The translations under genes were made by a program, and so were the position numbers. DNA of 64,000 nt, taken from Candidatus Bipolaricaulota bacterium (lineage in GTDB: Bacteria > Bipolaricaulota > Bipolaricaulia > Bipolaricaulales > Bipolaricaulaceae). The notes beneath the pieces were generated by a model. That model was not told where the DNA came from. It searched no databases and was given only the letters and a program-made list of their open reading frames with translations. Positions 41,506 through 52,050 of this stretch are shown here, piece by piece. Position 1 is the stretch's first letter; each line of letters begins with the position of its first letter. The DNA is taken from positions 8,904 through 72,903 of the forward strand of contig JANXBC010000001.1 of NCBI GenBank assembly GCA_025060555.1, written 5' to 3'.

Positions 41506-42018
41506 ATGAAGATCGGGATCACCGGTTATCCAGGTGTGGGGAAGACGACTTTGGTCAAACGAGTGCTGGAGGCTGTGCCCCTCAAAGGTGGGGGAATGAT
41601 CACCGAGGAGATTCGGAAATGTGGATATCGTGTGGGTTTTCTTGTGCGGGATATTGCCACTGGTCAAGAGGGGTACCTCGCCCACCTCCATCACTGTGAT
41701 GGGCCGGAATTTGGGAAGTATCGCCTGTGCTTACGCGACCTCGAGGAGGTTGGCGCAGCGGCTATCGAGCGCGCCGTGGAGGAGGCGGAACTCATTGTGA
41801 TCGACGAGGTGGGCCCCATGGAGTTGAAATCACCACGTTTCATTTCCGCGGTGGAAAAAGCTCTGGCTAGCAAAAAACATCTCCTTATCACCGTGCACCG
41901 CGCCTCCAACCACTCTCTAGCTTACCGTGTTCGCCATGAGGTGGACCTTTTGATTCGGCTCACGAAAACTAACCGCGAGGAAAAAATTCACGAGGTCATC
42001 AGGCTTCTTTCAGGCTGA
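41506..42018 (+). CDS. Nucleoside-triphosphatase, THEP1 family
   Basis: MKIGITGYPGVGKTTL Walker A, VIDEVGPMEL Walker B, 170 aa. Confidence 0.8.
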   Translation: MKIGITGYPGVGKTTLVKRVLEAVPLKGGGMITEEIRKCGYRVGFLVRDIATGQEGYLAHLHHCDGPEFGKYRLCLRDLEEVGAAAIERAVEEAELIVIDEVGPMELKSPRFISAVEKALASKKHLLITVHRASNHSLAYRVRHEVDLLIRLTKTNREEKIHEVIRLLSG

Positions 42019-42430
42019 GCCCAACCGGGCCAGGAAGGCCATGAAACTCTTGCCGAGTTAGCGAAAGACAGGGTTTGGGATCAGGTTAAATGGGCTTAGG
42101 CAAGTGCATGGCGATCTATACTCTCTACGGCGCACAGGTGAAGCCGCGCTAAATTATGGTAACCCTAGTCTCAGGCTTATCGGCTAAGTTGTCCCCAATC
42201 CCTTGGGTGTAGTAAGGCTCCCGTTGGGAAAACGTTACCGAAACTTTCGCGATAAAGTGCGACAACACATGGAATGGAGCGGCCAATGAACACACTGCTG
42301 CTAAGCGCAGCCGCTGCCTAAAGTGAAATGTTTAGCATGCGAATTCCGCGCGAAGATCAAGGGTCAAAAAAACACCCTTTTAAGGCGATTTGTCAAGCTA
42401 GGGCCATTTATTTATCTTTGTACTTAAGAG

Positions 42431-43159
42431 ATGAGCACAGGTGCAACGCGGGTGACTGTTGTGGTCCCCGTGCTCAACGAAGAGGATTTCCTTGAAGAAA
42501 CATTAAGATCTTTGCGTCACCAAACTTTTCGTGATTTTGAGTTAATCGTTGTAGACAACGGGAGCACCGATGCTAGCATAGACATCGCCCAACAATTTGC
42601 GGATAGGGTGGTCATTGAACCCCAAAAAGGGTATGACTTTGCGCTACATCGCGGCATTTTGGAAGCCCAAAGCCCACTGATCGCCCAAGCAGATGCGGAT
42701 ACGCTTTATCCACGTGACTGGCTCTCCAAAATGGTTCGGGCTTTGGACAATAGCGGAGTTGTATGTGCTTATGGTCCGTGGGCCTTTCGAGAAAATCCTA
42801 AATGGAGACGCCATTTGGAGTTAAGCCTTTGCTGGAGCACGCAGCTCATCACTCACCTTTTTGGGTTTCCCTTGGCTACGGGATGTAATATGGGATTTAG
42901 GCGAGAAGCATATTTCCGTGTCGGCGGTTATCCTGCCCTGAATCACCTTGCCGGTGCTGATACTAGACTTGGGTTGCGGCTACGACAGGTGGGCAAAGTC
43001 CGCTTTGTGCCAGACATGATAGCCTATACTTCAAACCGTGTGGTCAGGCAACAAGGGGTTTGGCGGCGCTGGGCATTGACGGTGAGGGTTTTGGTAGACA
43101 TCTTGATGCATCGGGATCAGGTAACCCTCGACCAATGGTACGATTGGAGGCGATCCTAA
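42431..43159 (+). CDS. Glycosyltransferase family 2
   Basis: VVVPVLNEEDFLEETLRSL, VVDNGSTD and ADAD (DxD-like) motifs. Confidence 0.85.
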   Translation: MSTGATRVTVVVPVLNEEDFLEETLRSLRHQTFRDFELIVVDNGSTDASIDIAQQFADRVVIEPQKGYDFALHRGILEAQSPLIAQADADTLYPRDWLSKMVRALDNSGVVCAYGPWAFRENPKWRRHLELSLCWSTQLITHLFGFPLATGCNMGFRREAYFRVGGYPALNHLAGADTRLGLRLRQVGKVRFVPDMIAYTSNRVVRQQGVWRRWALTVRVLVDILMHRDQVTLDQWYDWRRS

Positions 43160-43419
43160 AATTCCCGGTTAACGCTTGGCTTACGGTTACAATCACTGAT
43201 CCGGCGCTGATCGCCCCGGCCTTGCATGCGTCTCTTTGTCGCCCAAAACTTTTCTCACCGCTTAGACCATGGGCCTGGCTGCTCTAAGTGCCTCTTGCGC
43301 CGCGTACTTAAAGAGTCCGTAGTGTTAAAAACGCAGAGAGGTTTCGCCGTGTGGAAACCCTTGGTTGCGTGCGCTTTCATGATAAGAAAGAGGCCGTTCC
43401 CAGAACGCTAATTCGTAAC

Positions 43420-44178
43420 TCATTTGGCCTCGGAACGCCAGACTGGTCCGGGGAGGCCATAAAACTTTTGGTAGAACTCTCCGAAGGCCTGTTCAAGTTT
43501 GCGCATCATTCTGTCAACGTCTTCGTCTTCGCTGCTGCTTGGATCCGGGAAAATAGGGTCTGCAAAATGCACGGCGACCCACCGTTTTCGAAATGTCTTG
43601 CCCAAAGCTCGCAGGACGCCGCGCCAAACGGGAAGTTTTTCAACTCCAGGCTCATACATAGGCACATTCTCCAGGCCCACCGGGATCAAAGGCACCTGCG
43701 CCCGATGCGCTAAGATGGCAGCCCCGGGATAGAGCTTTCGCTCCCAAAACCTATCCCCCTCCGGATAAACCTGGAGGCTTCCCTGTTTTTTCAGGAATTG
43801 AACGGCGGCTTCGATGGTCCTGGGGTTGATCACCTTTTTCTTTTGCGGATCCTGGGTGACCCCAAAGCGCCAAAAGCTGTGAGCAAGCAAACGCGCGAGA
43901 CGACCAGGCCGATCCAATGAATAGAGGGCGAAGCCGCGGAAATGGCGGCTGGCCCAGGTCACGAAGAGGGGGTCGAATCCATAGCCGCTGATGTGCGTCA
44001 CCGCAAGAACGCAGGGCCGGCGAGGTCTATCTCCCTCACGGCGGATTCGCACAAGGCTAGCCAAAAGGAAGATGAAAAAGACGTACCAACACCAAAAGAA
44101 TTCGTACACTGCCTGCAGTAAAGCGCTTTTGAGGCGGGCAGCAAAGCCTGAATTCATCCCTTTTTCTTTTTCGACCAA
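43420..44178 (-). CDS. Lysophospholipid/1-acyl-glycerol-3-phosphate acyltransferase family protein (PlsC-like)
   Basis: An N-terminal TM segment, H(x)4D-like THISGYGFD, and a YPEGDR block (compare FPEGTR). Confidence 0.65.
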   Translation of the reverse strand: MVEKEKGMNSGFAARLKSALLQAVYEFFWCWYVFFIFLLASLVRIRREGDRPRRPCVLAVTHISGYGFDPLFVTWASRHFRGFALYSLDRPGRLARLLAHSFWRFGVTQDPQKKKVINPRTIEAAVQFLKKQGSLQVYPEGDRFWERKLYPGAAILAHRAQVPLIPVGLENVPMYEPGVEKLPVWRGVLRALGKTFRKRWVAVHFADPIFPDPSSSEDEDVDRMMRKLEQAFGEFYQKFYGLPGPVWRSEAK

Positions 44179-44876
44179 CCGAACGTGTACCGGAAACGAT
44201 CGTACGGGATGCGGCCAAAGGGGCGCGCGAGCTCGGTGTAGAGGTAGATAGCCAGGGTGCGGAGAGTCCCTTCGGTGGCAAACCTTCGGGTGGAGCCGAA
44301 GATCGGCCCCACTCGCAAAAAGCCGATCTTACCGTGGCGGCGAATGCGGCTGATGTAGTCGTGATCCTCGCGGAAAGCCGGGGTTTCGTCGAACCCCCCA
44401 ATCTTCTGGTGCAGTTCCTTTCGCACCAGGATGGCCCACCCGGGCACGTGGGGGTCAATCCTCTGGGTCGCCCAAAACAGGGCGTTTCCGAACAGGAAAA
44501 GAAGGCGATGCCCAATATGCCCGTCCCAGGCGCGGATGTAAAACCCGGCCGCTCCCAATGCCCTTCGCTCAAACTCTTCCACCGCCTTGCGCAAAAAATC
44601 CTTCCCGGGCAAGCGTACGTCAGCATCCAGGAAGAGAAGGAGTTCGCCCTGGGCCATCTCCGCCCCGCGGTTGCGCCCATACCCCGGGCCGCGCTTCGGG
44701 CCCACCACAACCTTCGCTCCGTAATGCTCGGCGATCCTCACCGTGTCGTCAGAAGAACCCGCGTCGGATACGATGATCTCGTAATCCTTCCAAGCCTGAG
44801 ACGTGATGGATTCCAAAAGACCCGGAAGATAATCCTCCTCGTTGAGTGTAGGTATGACGATGGAGAGCTTTGGCAT
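44154..44876 (-). CDS. Glycosyltransferase family 2
   Basis: LSIVIPTLNEEDYLPGLLESI, VSDAGSSD and LDADV motifs. Confidence 0.85.
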   Translation of the reverse strand: MPKLSIVIPTLNEEDYLPGLLESITSQAWKDYEIIVSDAGSSDDTVRIAEHYGAKVVVGPKRGPGYGRNRGAEMAQGELLLFLDADVRLPGKDFLRKAVEEFERRALGAAGFYIRAWDGHIGHRLLFLFGNALFWATQRIDPHVPGWAILVRKELHQKIGGFDETPAFREDHDYISRIRRHGKIGFLRVGPIFGSTRRFATEGTLRTLAIYLYTELARPFGRIPYDRFRYTFGWSKKKKG

Positions 44877-44878
44877 CT

Positions 44879-46003
44879 TTACCCCCTTTCCCGCCGCACC
44901 TTATACCACGGTTGGGGGCCACGGAAAGAGCGGAAGAACGCCACGGCCACAGTCAGTTGCATCCAAAAGTACAGGAAGGGGAAGGCCCAAAGGAGCACAA
45001 GCCCGGGTTTTCCTTGGTCCAAAAGGCTGGGGACGGAGGCAGCCGCCCAGAGGAAGGCTAAAAATCCCGGAAGGACAAGCGGAACAAGGAGCCATGTCCC
45101 CCGTATCCCGTCCACCAAAAGGGCGATCTGAGGGAAGTAAATCACGAGCGCAAGTCCCGCCATAAGTAAGAGGTAGGAAAGATCGCCATTTTTGATCTCC
45201 TCCACCATCTCCCGGATACCCCCGGTATACCAGCGCAGAAATTGATAAAAGAGATCGCGTAGGGTTGGTGCGTATTGGATGAGGCACCGCGGACCGCGCA
45301 CAAACGGCACTTTTACCTTTGCCCGCGCCAAACGAATCCCAAGGTCGAAGTCATCCACCAACGTCTTGGGATCGAACTCTCCCACCTCCTGCAGAAGGTC
45401 CTTCCGCACAAATAGCCCGCAGGTCATGAACACTGGACGCCAAAACAGGCCGGAGAACACGAAACGGCGTGCAAAAGAAAAGAAGTACTCTTGGGCCCTG
45501 ATAACCCAAGTTTTGCGCAGGTTGTAGGGGGCAAAGTCCGCGTAGACCGCCCGCACCGCGGGTTGGGCCAAAAGCTGGGGATAGAAGGTCAGCCCCGCAT
45601 GGTCCATCCGGGCATCGGCATCCAAAAAGAGGATGACCTCCCCTGTCACGTGTTTGAGGGCGTAATTGAGGGCCGCGGGCTTGCCCGTGCGGTATGGATC
45701 GCGGAGCACTTTGAGCGCCGGGATTTCTTGACACAGGCGGGCGAGGATCTGCGGGGTGGAATCCGTGGACCCATCCACCACCACTATCTCCGTTCGCAGT
45801 GGCGCATGGGCTGCCAGGGTCCGCAGGGTGTTTTCGATCACCGCCTCTTCATTGCGGCTGGCGATGACGATGGAAAGCGTTGGTGGGGAGCCAGCACGCG
45901 CCGCCAACCTTTTCAGGGTCCAACGATTTTTCGCCTCCCCCAGGAGCGCAAGCGCCGCTCCCACGAGGATCCCTACTACAATGCCCCAAAGGGTTGGGCT
46001 CAT
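44879..46003 (-). CDS. Membrane-embedded glycosyltransferase family 2 (processive NodC/IcaA-like architecture)
   Basis: N-terminal TM segment, [23 protein letters not shown], a QxxRW-like QFLRWYTGG, and C-terminal TM helices. Confidence 0.8.
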   Translation of the reverse strand: MSPTLWGIVVGILVGAALALLGEAKNRWTLKRLAARAGSPPTLSIVIASRNEEAVIENTLRTLAAHAPLRTEIVVVDGSTDSTPQILARLCQEIPALKVLRDPYRTGKPAALNYALKHVTGEVILFLDADARMDHAGLTFYPQLLAQPAVRAVYADFAPYNLRKTWVIRAQEYFFSFARRFVFSGLFWRPVFMTCGLFVRKDLLQEVGEFDPKTLVDDFDLGIRLARAKVKVPFVRGPRCLIQYAPTLRDLFYQFLRWYTGGIREMVEEIKNGDLSYLLLMAGLALVIYFPQIALLVDGIRGTWLLVPLVLPGFLAFLWAAASVPSLLDQGKPGLVLLWAFPFLYFWMQLTVAVAFFRSFRGPQPWYKVRRERG

Positions 46004-48885
46004 CGCGCCACGATGGAGACGAGTTTCTCCGGCACGGCGATGACCTTCTCGATACGCAAGCCTTGGAGACGCTGTTTCACTTCGGGAGCGGCAAGGACTA
46101 GAGCTTCCAAAGCCTTGGGATCCGCAGCTTTTGCACGGGGGAAACGAAGTTTCACCCGCACCTTCCCATTGATCTGTATGGGAATTTCTACCTCTGCTTC
46201 TTCCAAAACCCTCGGATCATAAGTGGGCCAGGGTGTCTCCAGCACTGCCTTTTCCTCACCAAGACGGTGCCACAGTTCCTCACAGATGAAAGGAGTGAAT
46301 GGGGAGAGGAGCAAGATGAGGTTCCGGAGGGCCCAGCGGAGGAGTTTCGGATCCGCCGCGGGATCCTCAGCATAACTAGAAAGCTCGTTGGTGAACTCCA
46401 TGAGCGCGGCGACCGCTGTGTTTAAGGCTAGTCGTCCTTCGAACTCCTCAGTCACCTTCTTCACCGTGGCTTGCAGCTTGACCCAAAGTGCTTGTTCCTT
46501 GGGGCCAAAGGATTCTGGTACGGGCTGTTCTTGGCATTCACCAGTCCTCGCGATGATGGTTAACGCCGTGTTCCAAAACCGATTGAGGAAGCGCCAACAG
46601 CCCCGCACACCCTCCTCGCTCCACTCGATCTCCTTTTCCGGCGGCCCCATGAACAGGGTATAAAGCCTTTCGGTGTCCGCACCATATTGGGCAATGAGCT
46701 CATCAGGAGACACCACGTTCTTCTTGGACTTGGACATGGCGACCACCGATACCACTAGTTCTGCGCCGCATCTGGGACAGCGGGTCCCAGGGGAGACCTC
46801 TTTGGGAGGAATCCAATGATGATTAGGGCACCAATAAGCTGGGTAAGTCACCATCCCTTGGGTAAAAAGTTTCTTGAATGGTTCATCGAAGGTGAGCAGA
46901 CCCAAATCAAAGAGGAACTTGGTGATGAACCGTGAATAGAGGAGATGAAGGATAGCATGCTCTACGCCCCCTACGTAAAGATCCACGGGTAGCCAGCGAT
47001 TAACCAGATCTGAGTCGAATGGACGTTCTTCGTCCTTTGGCGAAATGTAGCGCAGGAAGTACCACGAAGAATCAACGAAAGTATCCATGGTGTCCGTATC
47101 TCGTTGCGCTACCCCTCCGCAGCGAGGGCAAGTGGTAGGGATGAACTCTGGAATATCCGCAAGACCCAGTTTTCCAATCCTCCGCACCTCAGGAAGCCTC
47201 ACGGGGAGATCTTTTTCGGGGACAGGCACGATCCCGCACCTCGGGCAGTGGATTATGGGGATAGGTGCTCCCCAGTAGCGTTGCCGAGAAATGAGCCAAT
47301 CGCGGAGTTTATAAGTCACTGCGGATTTCCCTATCCCTTGCCGCTCCAGCCACTCCACCGTTCGCGCTACCGCCGCAGACCCCGCTGTTCCGGAAAGTGG
47401 GCCGCAGTTGATCATCGTTCCATAGTCGGCGTGGAAGAGGAGGTCACGGAGGAAAGCCTCAGCCCAAAGAACCTCTGCGATCGTCTTTTTTGGGCGCTGA
47501 GCTTGGTCCCGCTCCTTGATCATCGCCAAGGCCCGCCGTTCCTCAGCTTGTGAGCCTACATTTACCACCTCTTCTTGGAAGACGATCCGCCAGCCCTGGC
47601 CGACAATCGCTGCCCATCCCTCAGGGCGAAGATGCTGTTGGATTAAAGCCTCTACTGTTTGCTGTTTCTCCACTGAAAACCGGAGGAGGAGAGCCCCTTC
47701 CTTTTCCTCCACCTCAATCCCCTGCGTCTGTAGCGCCGGGAGAATTTCCTTCCGATAGGCTCCAGCGGGAATCAGGGCTTTGGCGACGGCAGCGGGATGG
47801 GCAATGACGGGGATCACGGGAAGACCGTATTTGAGGGCAAACAAAAAGTCTCGTTCATCATGAGCGGGCACTCCCATTACCGCTCCAGTTCCATAGCCAA
47901 AGAGGACATAATCCGCAATCCAAATGGGAATGCGCTCTCCATTCGCCGGATTAATGGCATATGTTCCAAGGAAGACACCGGTCTTCTCTTTTTCGGCAGA
48001 GGTGCGTTCCACTTCGCTTAGGCGCTCCGTGATCTCCCGGTAAGCCTGGACTTCTTGGCGTTTCGCTGGGCTGGTAAGCCTTTCCACAAGCGGATGTTCG
48101 GGGGCAATGACGAGGAAGGTCGCTCCCCAAAGGGTGTCTGGCCGCGTAGTGAAGACCTTTATTTCCTGGCCGTTCTCGCTGCGAAACAGCACTTCCGCCC
48201 CTTCGGAACGACCGATCCAGTTCTCCTGCATCTTCTTCACGTGTTCTGGCCAATCGAGCTTCTCTAAATCCCGCAAAAGCCGCTCCGCATAAGCGGTGAT
48301 TTTGAAATACCATTGTTCGAGCTCTCTTTTCTCCACCAAGGAATTGCAGCGCCAGCAGCGGCCACCGATAACTTGCTCGTTGGCCAAGACCACCTCGCAA
48401 TGGGGGCACCAGTTGACCTTGCCCTTCGCCCGGTAAGCTAAACCTTTTTCATAGAGCTTGAGGAATAGCCATTGGGTCCACTTGTAGTAGTCCGGCTCGC
48501 AGGTCGCAATCTCCCGGTCCCAATCGTACTCCACCCCCCAGGCCCGGAATTGGCGCTTGAATTCCCGAATGTTTTGCCAGGTCCAATCCCGTGGGTGTAC
48601 ACCCTGCTCGAGGGCCGCGTTCTCCGCAGGCAACCCGAAAGCATCCCATCCCATGGGGTTCAGGACGTTCCAACCCCGCATAAGAAGGAAACGGACAATG
48701 GCATCCCCAAGGATATAGTTGCGACCATGCCCAGCGTGAAGCTTCCCCGAAGGATAGGGAAACATGTTGAGGTAGTAGAACTTCTTGTGGGTGTCATTGA
48801 TTTTGGCCTTAAAGAAGCCGCGGCTGCGCCAAAAGTCACGCCATTTCTCCTCGATGGCTTGCGGATTGTATGGTTCGCGGTTCAC
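46000..48885 (-). CDS. leuS: Leucyl-tRNA synthetase (961 aa, with an extra ~100-aa insertion after the CP1 editing domain)
   Basis: [11 protein letters not shown] (HIGH), KMSKSKKN (KMSKS), [12 protein letters not shown] editing motif. Confidence 0.95.
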   Translation of the reverse strand: MNREPYNPQAIEEKWRDFWRSRGFFKAKINDTHKKFYYLNMFPYPSGKLHAGHGRNYILGDAIVRFLLMRGWNVLNPMGWDAFGLPAENAALEQGVHPRDWTWQNIREFKRQFRAWGVEYDWDREIATCEPDYYKWTQWLFLKLYEKGLAYRAKGKVNWCPHCEVVLANEQVIGGRCWRCNSLVEKRELEQWYFKITAYAERLLRDLEKLDWPEHVKKMQENWIGRSEGAEVLFRSENGQEIKVFTTRPDTLWGATFLVIAPEHPLVERLTSPAKRQEVQAYREITERLSEVERTSAEKEKTGVFLGTYAINPANGERIPIWIADYVLFGYGTGAVMGVPAHDERDFLFALKYGLPVIPVIAHPAAVAKALIPAGAYRKEILPALQTQGIEVEEKEGALLLRFSVEKQQTVEALIQQHLRPEGWAAIVGQGWRIVFQEEVVNVGSQAEERRALAMIKERDQAQRPKKTIAEVLWAEAFLRDLLFHADYGTMINCGPLSGTAGSAAVARTVEWLERQGIGKSAVTYKLRDWLISRQRYWGAPIPIIHCPRCGIVPVPEKDLPVRLPEVRRIGKLGLADIPEFIPTTCPRCGGVAQRDTDTMDTFVDSSWYFLRYISPKDEERPFDSDLVNRWLPVDLYVGGVEHAILHLLYSRFITKFLFDLGLLTFDEPFKKLFTQGMVTYPAYWCPNHHWIPPKEVSPGTRCPRCGAELVVSVVAMSKSKKNVVSPDELIAQYGADTERLYTLFMGPPEKEIEWSEEGVRGCWRFLNRFWNTALTIIARTGECQEQPVPESFGPKEQALWVKLQATVKKVTEEFEGRLALNTAVAALMEFTNELSSYAEDPAADPKLLRWALRNLILLLSPFTPFICEELWHRLGEEKAVLETPWPTYDPRVLEEAEVEIPIQINGKVRVKLRFPRAKAADPKALEALVLAAPEVKQRLQGLRIEKVIAVPEKLVSIVAR

Positions 48886-50336
48886 AGGAGACCTCCTTTC
48901 ACTAACCCTTTCGCCGCTTCCAGCACCTTTCGCACTTCCTGCGGGTCATCCATTTCACAGTAGAGGCGGAGGATGGGCTCGGTCCCCGAGGCACGAAAGA
49001 GCACCCAGCCACGGGCGAACCGAAGTTTTAGACCATCAAGGGTCTCCACTTCTTTCACCGCATGTCCGGCCAAGGATTCAGGCGGTCTTTTCTGAAGTTT
49101 ATCGGCGATTTCGAAGCGGTTGGGAAGATGAAGATCACAGCGGGAATAATGATGGGGGCCAACTCGTGCGAAGAGGTCCGCTACCAATGCCGAAATGGGC
49201 TTTCCCGTTGTAGCTATAAACTCAAGCAAAAGGAGGTTGGAAAGGATTCCATCACGCTCAGGCAGGTGCCAAGCGTACCCATAACCACCGGACTCCTCCC
49301 CGGCAAACACCGCCTGGCCTGTAACCAATCCTTCTACCGCCCATTTGAATCCAATCTTAATCTCATGGCAAGCGACACTGGCCTCATCCGCAATTTTTTT
49401 GATCATGTCTGTCAAAGCGAAGGATTTCAATACCGGTCCAAAGACGCGGCGGTTTTGAAAAAGGTGCCAAAGGAGAAGGGCAGCAGTACGGTGGGTATCC
49501 AGGAATTCCCCGTGCTCATCCATGCCAGCGGCGCGATCGCCGTCGCCGTCGGTGACAAGGCCGACGACGATGCGGCCGCGCACCCGCCCCCGCAGCCCAC
49601 GAATGACCGCGCGCAGGGGGCCCATGTTCTCCGCAATTGGTTCCGGCTTTTTCCCGCCAAAAAGAGGATCTCGCCCAGAGCGAATAGCGACGTATGGGAT
49701 ACGCAACTCCCGCAATATCGTGGGCAAATACCCCTGCGCTGAGCCGTACATCGCGTCCACCACGGGAAAGAGGGGGGCGCGGCGCAGGAGGGGGAGATCC
49801 ACGGCCTTTCTGATCCTCTCTAAATAAAGTTCCCGTACAGCCCGCGTGGGGATGTCCGTAGCATCCAGGGCAGGGGGAAACGGAGGGAGACGGGCTTCGA
49901 TCTCCCGCGTGACCTCCTCTGTCGCTGAACCTCCGTATTCAGGCTTGAATTTAACCCCGTTATATTCAGAAGGGTTGTGGGAAGCGGTGATCATCACTCC
50001 TCCAGCCAATCCTTCCTCGCGCACGGCCAGGGAGAGAGCGGGGGTGGGGATGGGCTCCGGCGTTATCCAAGCGGGAACCCCATTTTTGGCCAAAGCACGG
50101 GCGAGCTCCAACGCGAATTGCCCGGAAAGGAAGCGCGTGTCGTATCCCACCAACACCCCGGCTTCCGCCGGTCTGAATGGCACCCCCCACTCTTTATAGA
50201 TCCGCACCCCCTTGCGGGCCGGATCCCGGAGGTATACGGCTAACGCCGCTCCCACCCGCGCAACGTTCGCGAACGTGAAATCGCGGGCGATCACGCCCCG
50301 CCAACCATCCGTGCCAAACTTAATGTCAGCGTTCAC
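48882..50336 (-). CDS. Phosphoglucomutase/phosphomannomutase (alpha-D-phosphohexomutase)
   Basis: [13 protein letters not shown] active-site serine loop, DGDGDR metal loop, GEESGG sugar loop. Confidence 0.9.
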   Translation of the reverse strand: MNADIKFGTDGWRGVIARDFTFANVARVGAALAVYLRDPARKGVRIYKEWGVPFRPAEAGVLVGYDTRFLSGQFALELARALAKNGVPAWITPEPIPTPALSLAVREEGLAGGVMITASHNPSEYNGVKFKPEYGGSATEEVTREIEARLPPFPPALDATDIPTRAVRELYLERIRKAVDLPLLRRAPLFPVVDAMYGSAQGYLPTILRELRIPYVAIRSGRDPLFGGKKPEPIAENMGPLRAVIRGLRGRVRGRIVVGLVTDGDGDRAAGMDEHGEFLDTHRTAALLLWHLFQNRRVFGPVLKSFALTDMIKKIADEASVACHEIKIGFKWAVEGLVTGQAVFAGEESGGYGYAWHLPERDGILSNLLLLEFIATTGKPISALVADLFARVGPHHYSRCDLHLPNRFEIADKLQKRPPESLAGHAVKEVETLDGLKLRFARGWVLFRASGTEPILRLYCEMDDPQEVRKVLEAAKGLVKGGLL

Positions 50337-50569
50337 TTCCTACCCTTTCTCTTTGCCTTTCCCAAATCCACCCTCTCCACATGGGGAGGAATCTTTACGC
50401 CATCGCTCTCCAATAGCTCAACGATGAGATCAATAGGTATCGCTGTCTCCAGCCAAAGGTCCTCAACAGCTACGACCCCGTTGCGCACGGGGACGCGCTC
50501 GAACGCTTTTTCCAATGCCCGGCAATATCCCTCCCGCAGCCGGGCTAACTCCTCCTCGAATTCCGGCAT
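50333..50569 (-). CDS. Small hypothetical protein (78 aa)
   Basis: The ORF overlaps both neighbours by 4 nt or fewer in an operon-like array. I recognise no motif. Confidence 0.5.
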   Translation of the reverse strand: MPEFEEELARLREGYCRALEKAFERVPVRNGVVAVEDLWLETAIPIDLIVELLESDGVKIPPHVERVDLGKAKRKGRK

Positions 50570-50570
50570 A

Positions 50571-51806
50571 CTAGTAACGCCACTCTACAACGTACTCTAA
50601 CGCGGTCTCACTCCCCGGAAGTATGGGGACTACGAATTTTACGCGCTGGGCATCGACGATCTCATAGGGAAAGGAGGCACTCAAAATCCGCCAATAGCCG
50701 GAAAGGGTCTCGATGACCTCCACTTCCACTTTTTTATCCTTCGCGGAACGCAAAGTGATGCACCATGTGTCGCGATATAGGTTTTCGCCGATACGTTCAC
50801 GCCGTACCTGTACGCGGGTACCGGTGAGGTCGAAGGCTGCACCAACGACAAGCTCTGCGTCTTTCCCTTTGGGGAGGTGCCCGATGTTGTTAGCGCCCAC
50901 GAATATCCCTTCTGCGTAAACGCGAATCTCGCCCGCGGGGAAAACCGTTTCTTTAGTGTTGAATCTTAATCCCACTTCCACAGGTCCTCCGCTGAACCTG
51001 TAGAACTCTGTCGCAGGAATAGTAGCGTGTACAAGCGGAAGAACCATGCGTCCCTGGGGAAGGTCCCAGGTGCCGAAAAGATCGTATCGGTGGTATTCGA
51101 ACGCCTCTCCAGCTTCTGTGGAAGCGGCCTCGGGAGCAAAAGCCAGCGCCCGCAGCCCCGTATCCTTCGCCGGGCCACGCACCGCCCCAGCGATCAAGGT
51201 TATCTTTGCGTTCCTAAAGTCCATACCCGTGTCGTTTTGCACTAGCGCCTTTCCCAAAATCGTTAGGTTACCCCCCGCGAATTCCGCATCATAAGAAATT
51301 TCCCAGGTGAGGCCCTGAGCAAGGTACCTAAAGCGCACGTTCTTTTCCCCGGGCTCCGCACAGCGGTAGCAAAGGATAACTTGGCTTTGTCCTGTTGGGG
51401 TGTAGGTCGGACCCAGTAGCCAGAGATACTCGCGAACCAAAACCACACCTTCTTCGGTTTCCACCACCAATCCTTCCTCACTGATTTCTCGCAAAACGCC
51501 GCGAAACGCCCCGGCTTTGGTCTGCACCGTTATTTCTTTCCCCAAAAGATCTTGTAGGCTCCAGGCCTTTGGCGGAACGGGGCGAAGAGCAAGGATCTCT
51601 ACTCCCTCAACCACCAATGTCTCCCATAGGGTGCCGCGCGGAAAACCCCAGAGTTCAAGAACGCCCTCCTTGGCCAGTGTGACCGTTCTTGTCTCCTCGA
51701 CCAGGGCTGTGCCGGTGGAATAAAGCACAAGGGAAGTCTGGCCGAAGGCCATAACCCCAAGCATCCCTAAAAGTCCAAAGATAAGCATGAAATCACCCCA
51801 CCCCAT
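50571..51806 (-). CDS. DUF4139-like secreted protein
   Basis: N-terminal signal or anchor. An all-beta sequence with a C-terminal pattern typical of DUF4139 proteins. The family assignment is from memory and is tentative. Confidence 0.6.
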   Translation of the reverse strand: MGWGDFMLIFGLLGMLGVMAFGQTSLVLYSTGTALVEETRTVTLAKEGVLELWGFPRGTLWETLVVEGVEILALRPVPPKAWSLQDLLGKEITVQTKAGAFRGVLREISEEGLVVETEEGVVLVREYLWLLGPTYTPTGQSQVILCYRCAEPGEKNVRFRYLAQGLTWEISYDAEFAGGNLTILGKALVQNDTGMDFRNAKITLIAGAVRGPAKDTGLRALAFAPEAASTEAGEAFEYHRYDLFGTWDLPQGRMVLPLVHATIPATEFYRFSGGPVEVGLRFNTKETVFPAGEIRVYAEGIFVGANNIGHLPKGKDAELVVGAAFDLTGTRVQVRRERIGENLYRDTWCITLRSAKDKKVEVEVIETLSGYWRILSASFPYEIVDAQRVKFVVPILPGSETALEYVVEWRY

Positions 51807-51824
51807 CTTACCCGGTTTCCGGGA

Positions 51825-52034
51825 CTATCCCCCGAGCCCCTCCAGCTCTTTTTTCACCGCTGCGATCTCCTCTTCCAAGTCCTTTTTATACCGCTCTAAC
51901 TCTTCCAAATATTCCTGAAGGAAGCGGCGGTATTCCTCACGGCTCCACCAGGGAGCAAAGCGGGACGGACCGAAACGAAAGAAGAAAAACGGAGGGAAAC
52001 CGAAACCAAAAGCACCATAGCGCCACCAACGCAT
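51825..52034 (-). CDS. Small protein with a Phe/Gly/Trp-rich N-terminus and a coiled-coil C-terminus (DUF5320-like?)
   Basis: ATG at 52034 is preceded by GGAGGTGA. Sequence MRWWRYGAFGFGFPPFFFFRFG...EELERYKKDLEEEIAAVKKELEGL. Confidence 0.55.
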   Translation of the reverse strand: MRWWRYGAFGFGFPPFFFFRFGPSRFAPWWSREEYRRFLQEYLEELERYKKDLEEEIAAVKKELEGLGG

Positions 52035-52050
52035 GGGGATCACCTCCCCA

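Noticed and set aside
42150-42260. Possible TPP riboswitch on the minus strand, suggested by a CTGAGA box (the reverse complement of tctcag).
   Set aside because: The rest of the THI-box consensus (ACCTGATCTGGATAATGCCAGCG-like segment) is absent, and no thiamine-related gene lies downstream on that strand.
44334-46222. Plus-strand ORFs of 243-265 aa (44334-45131, 45491-46222) opposite the glycosyltransferase genes.
   Set aside because: These are shadow ORFs in GC-rich DNA. The minus-strand products have clear GT2 signatures.
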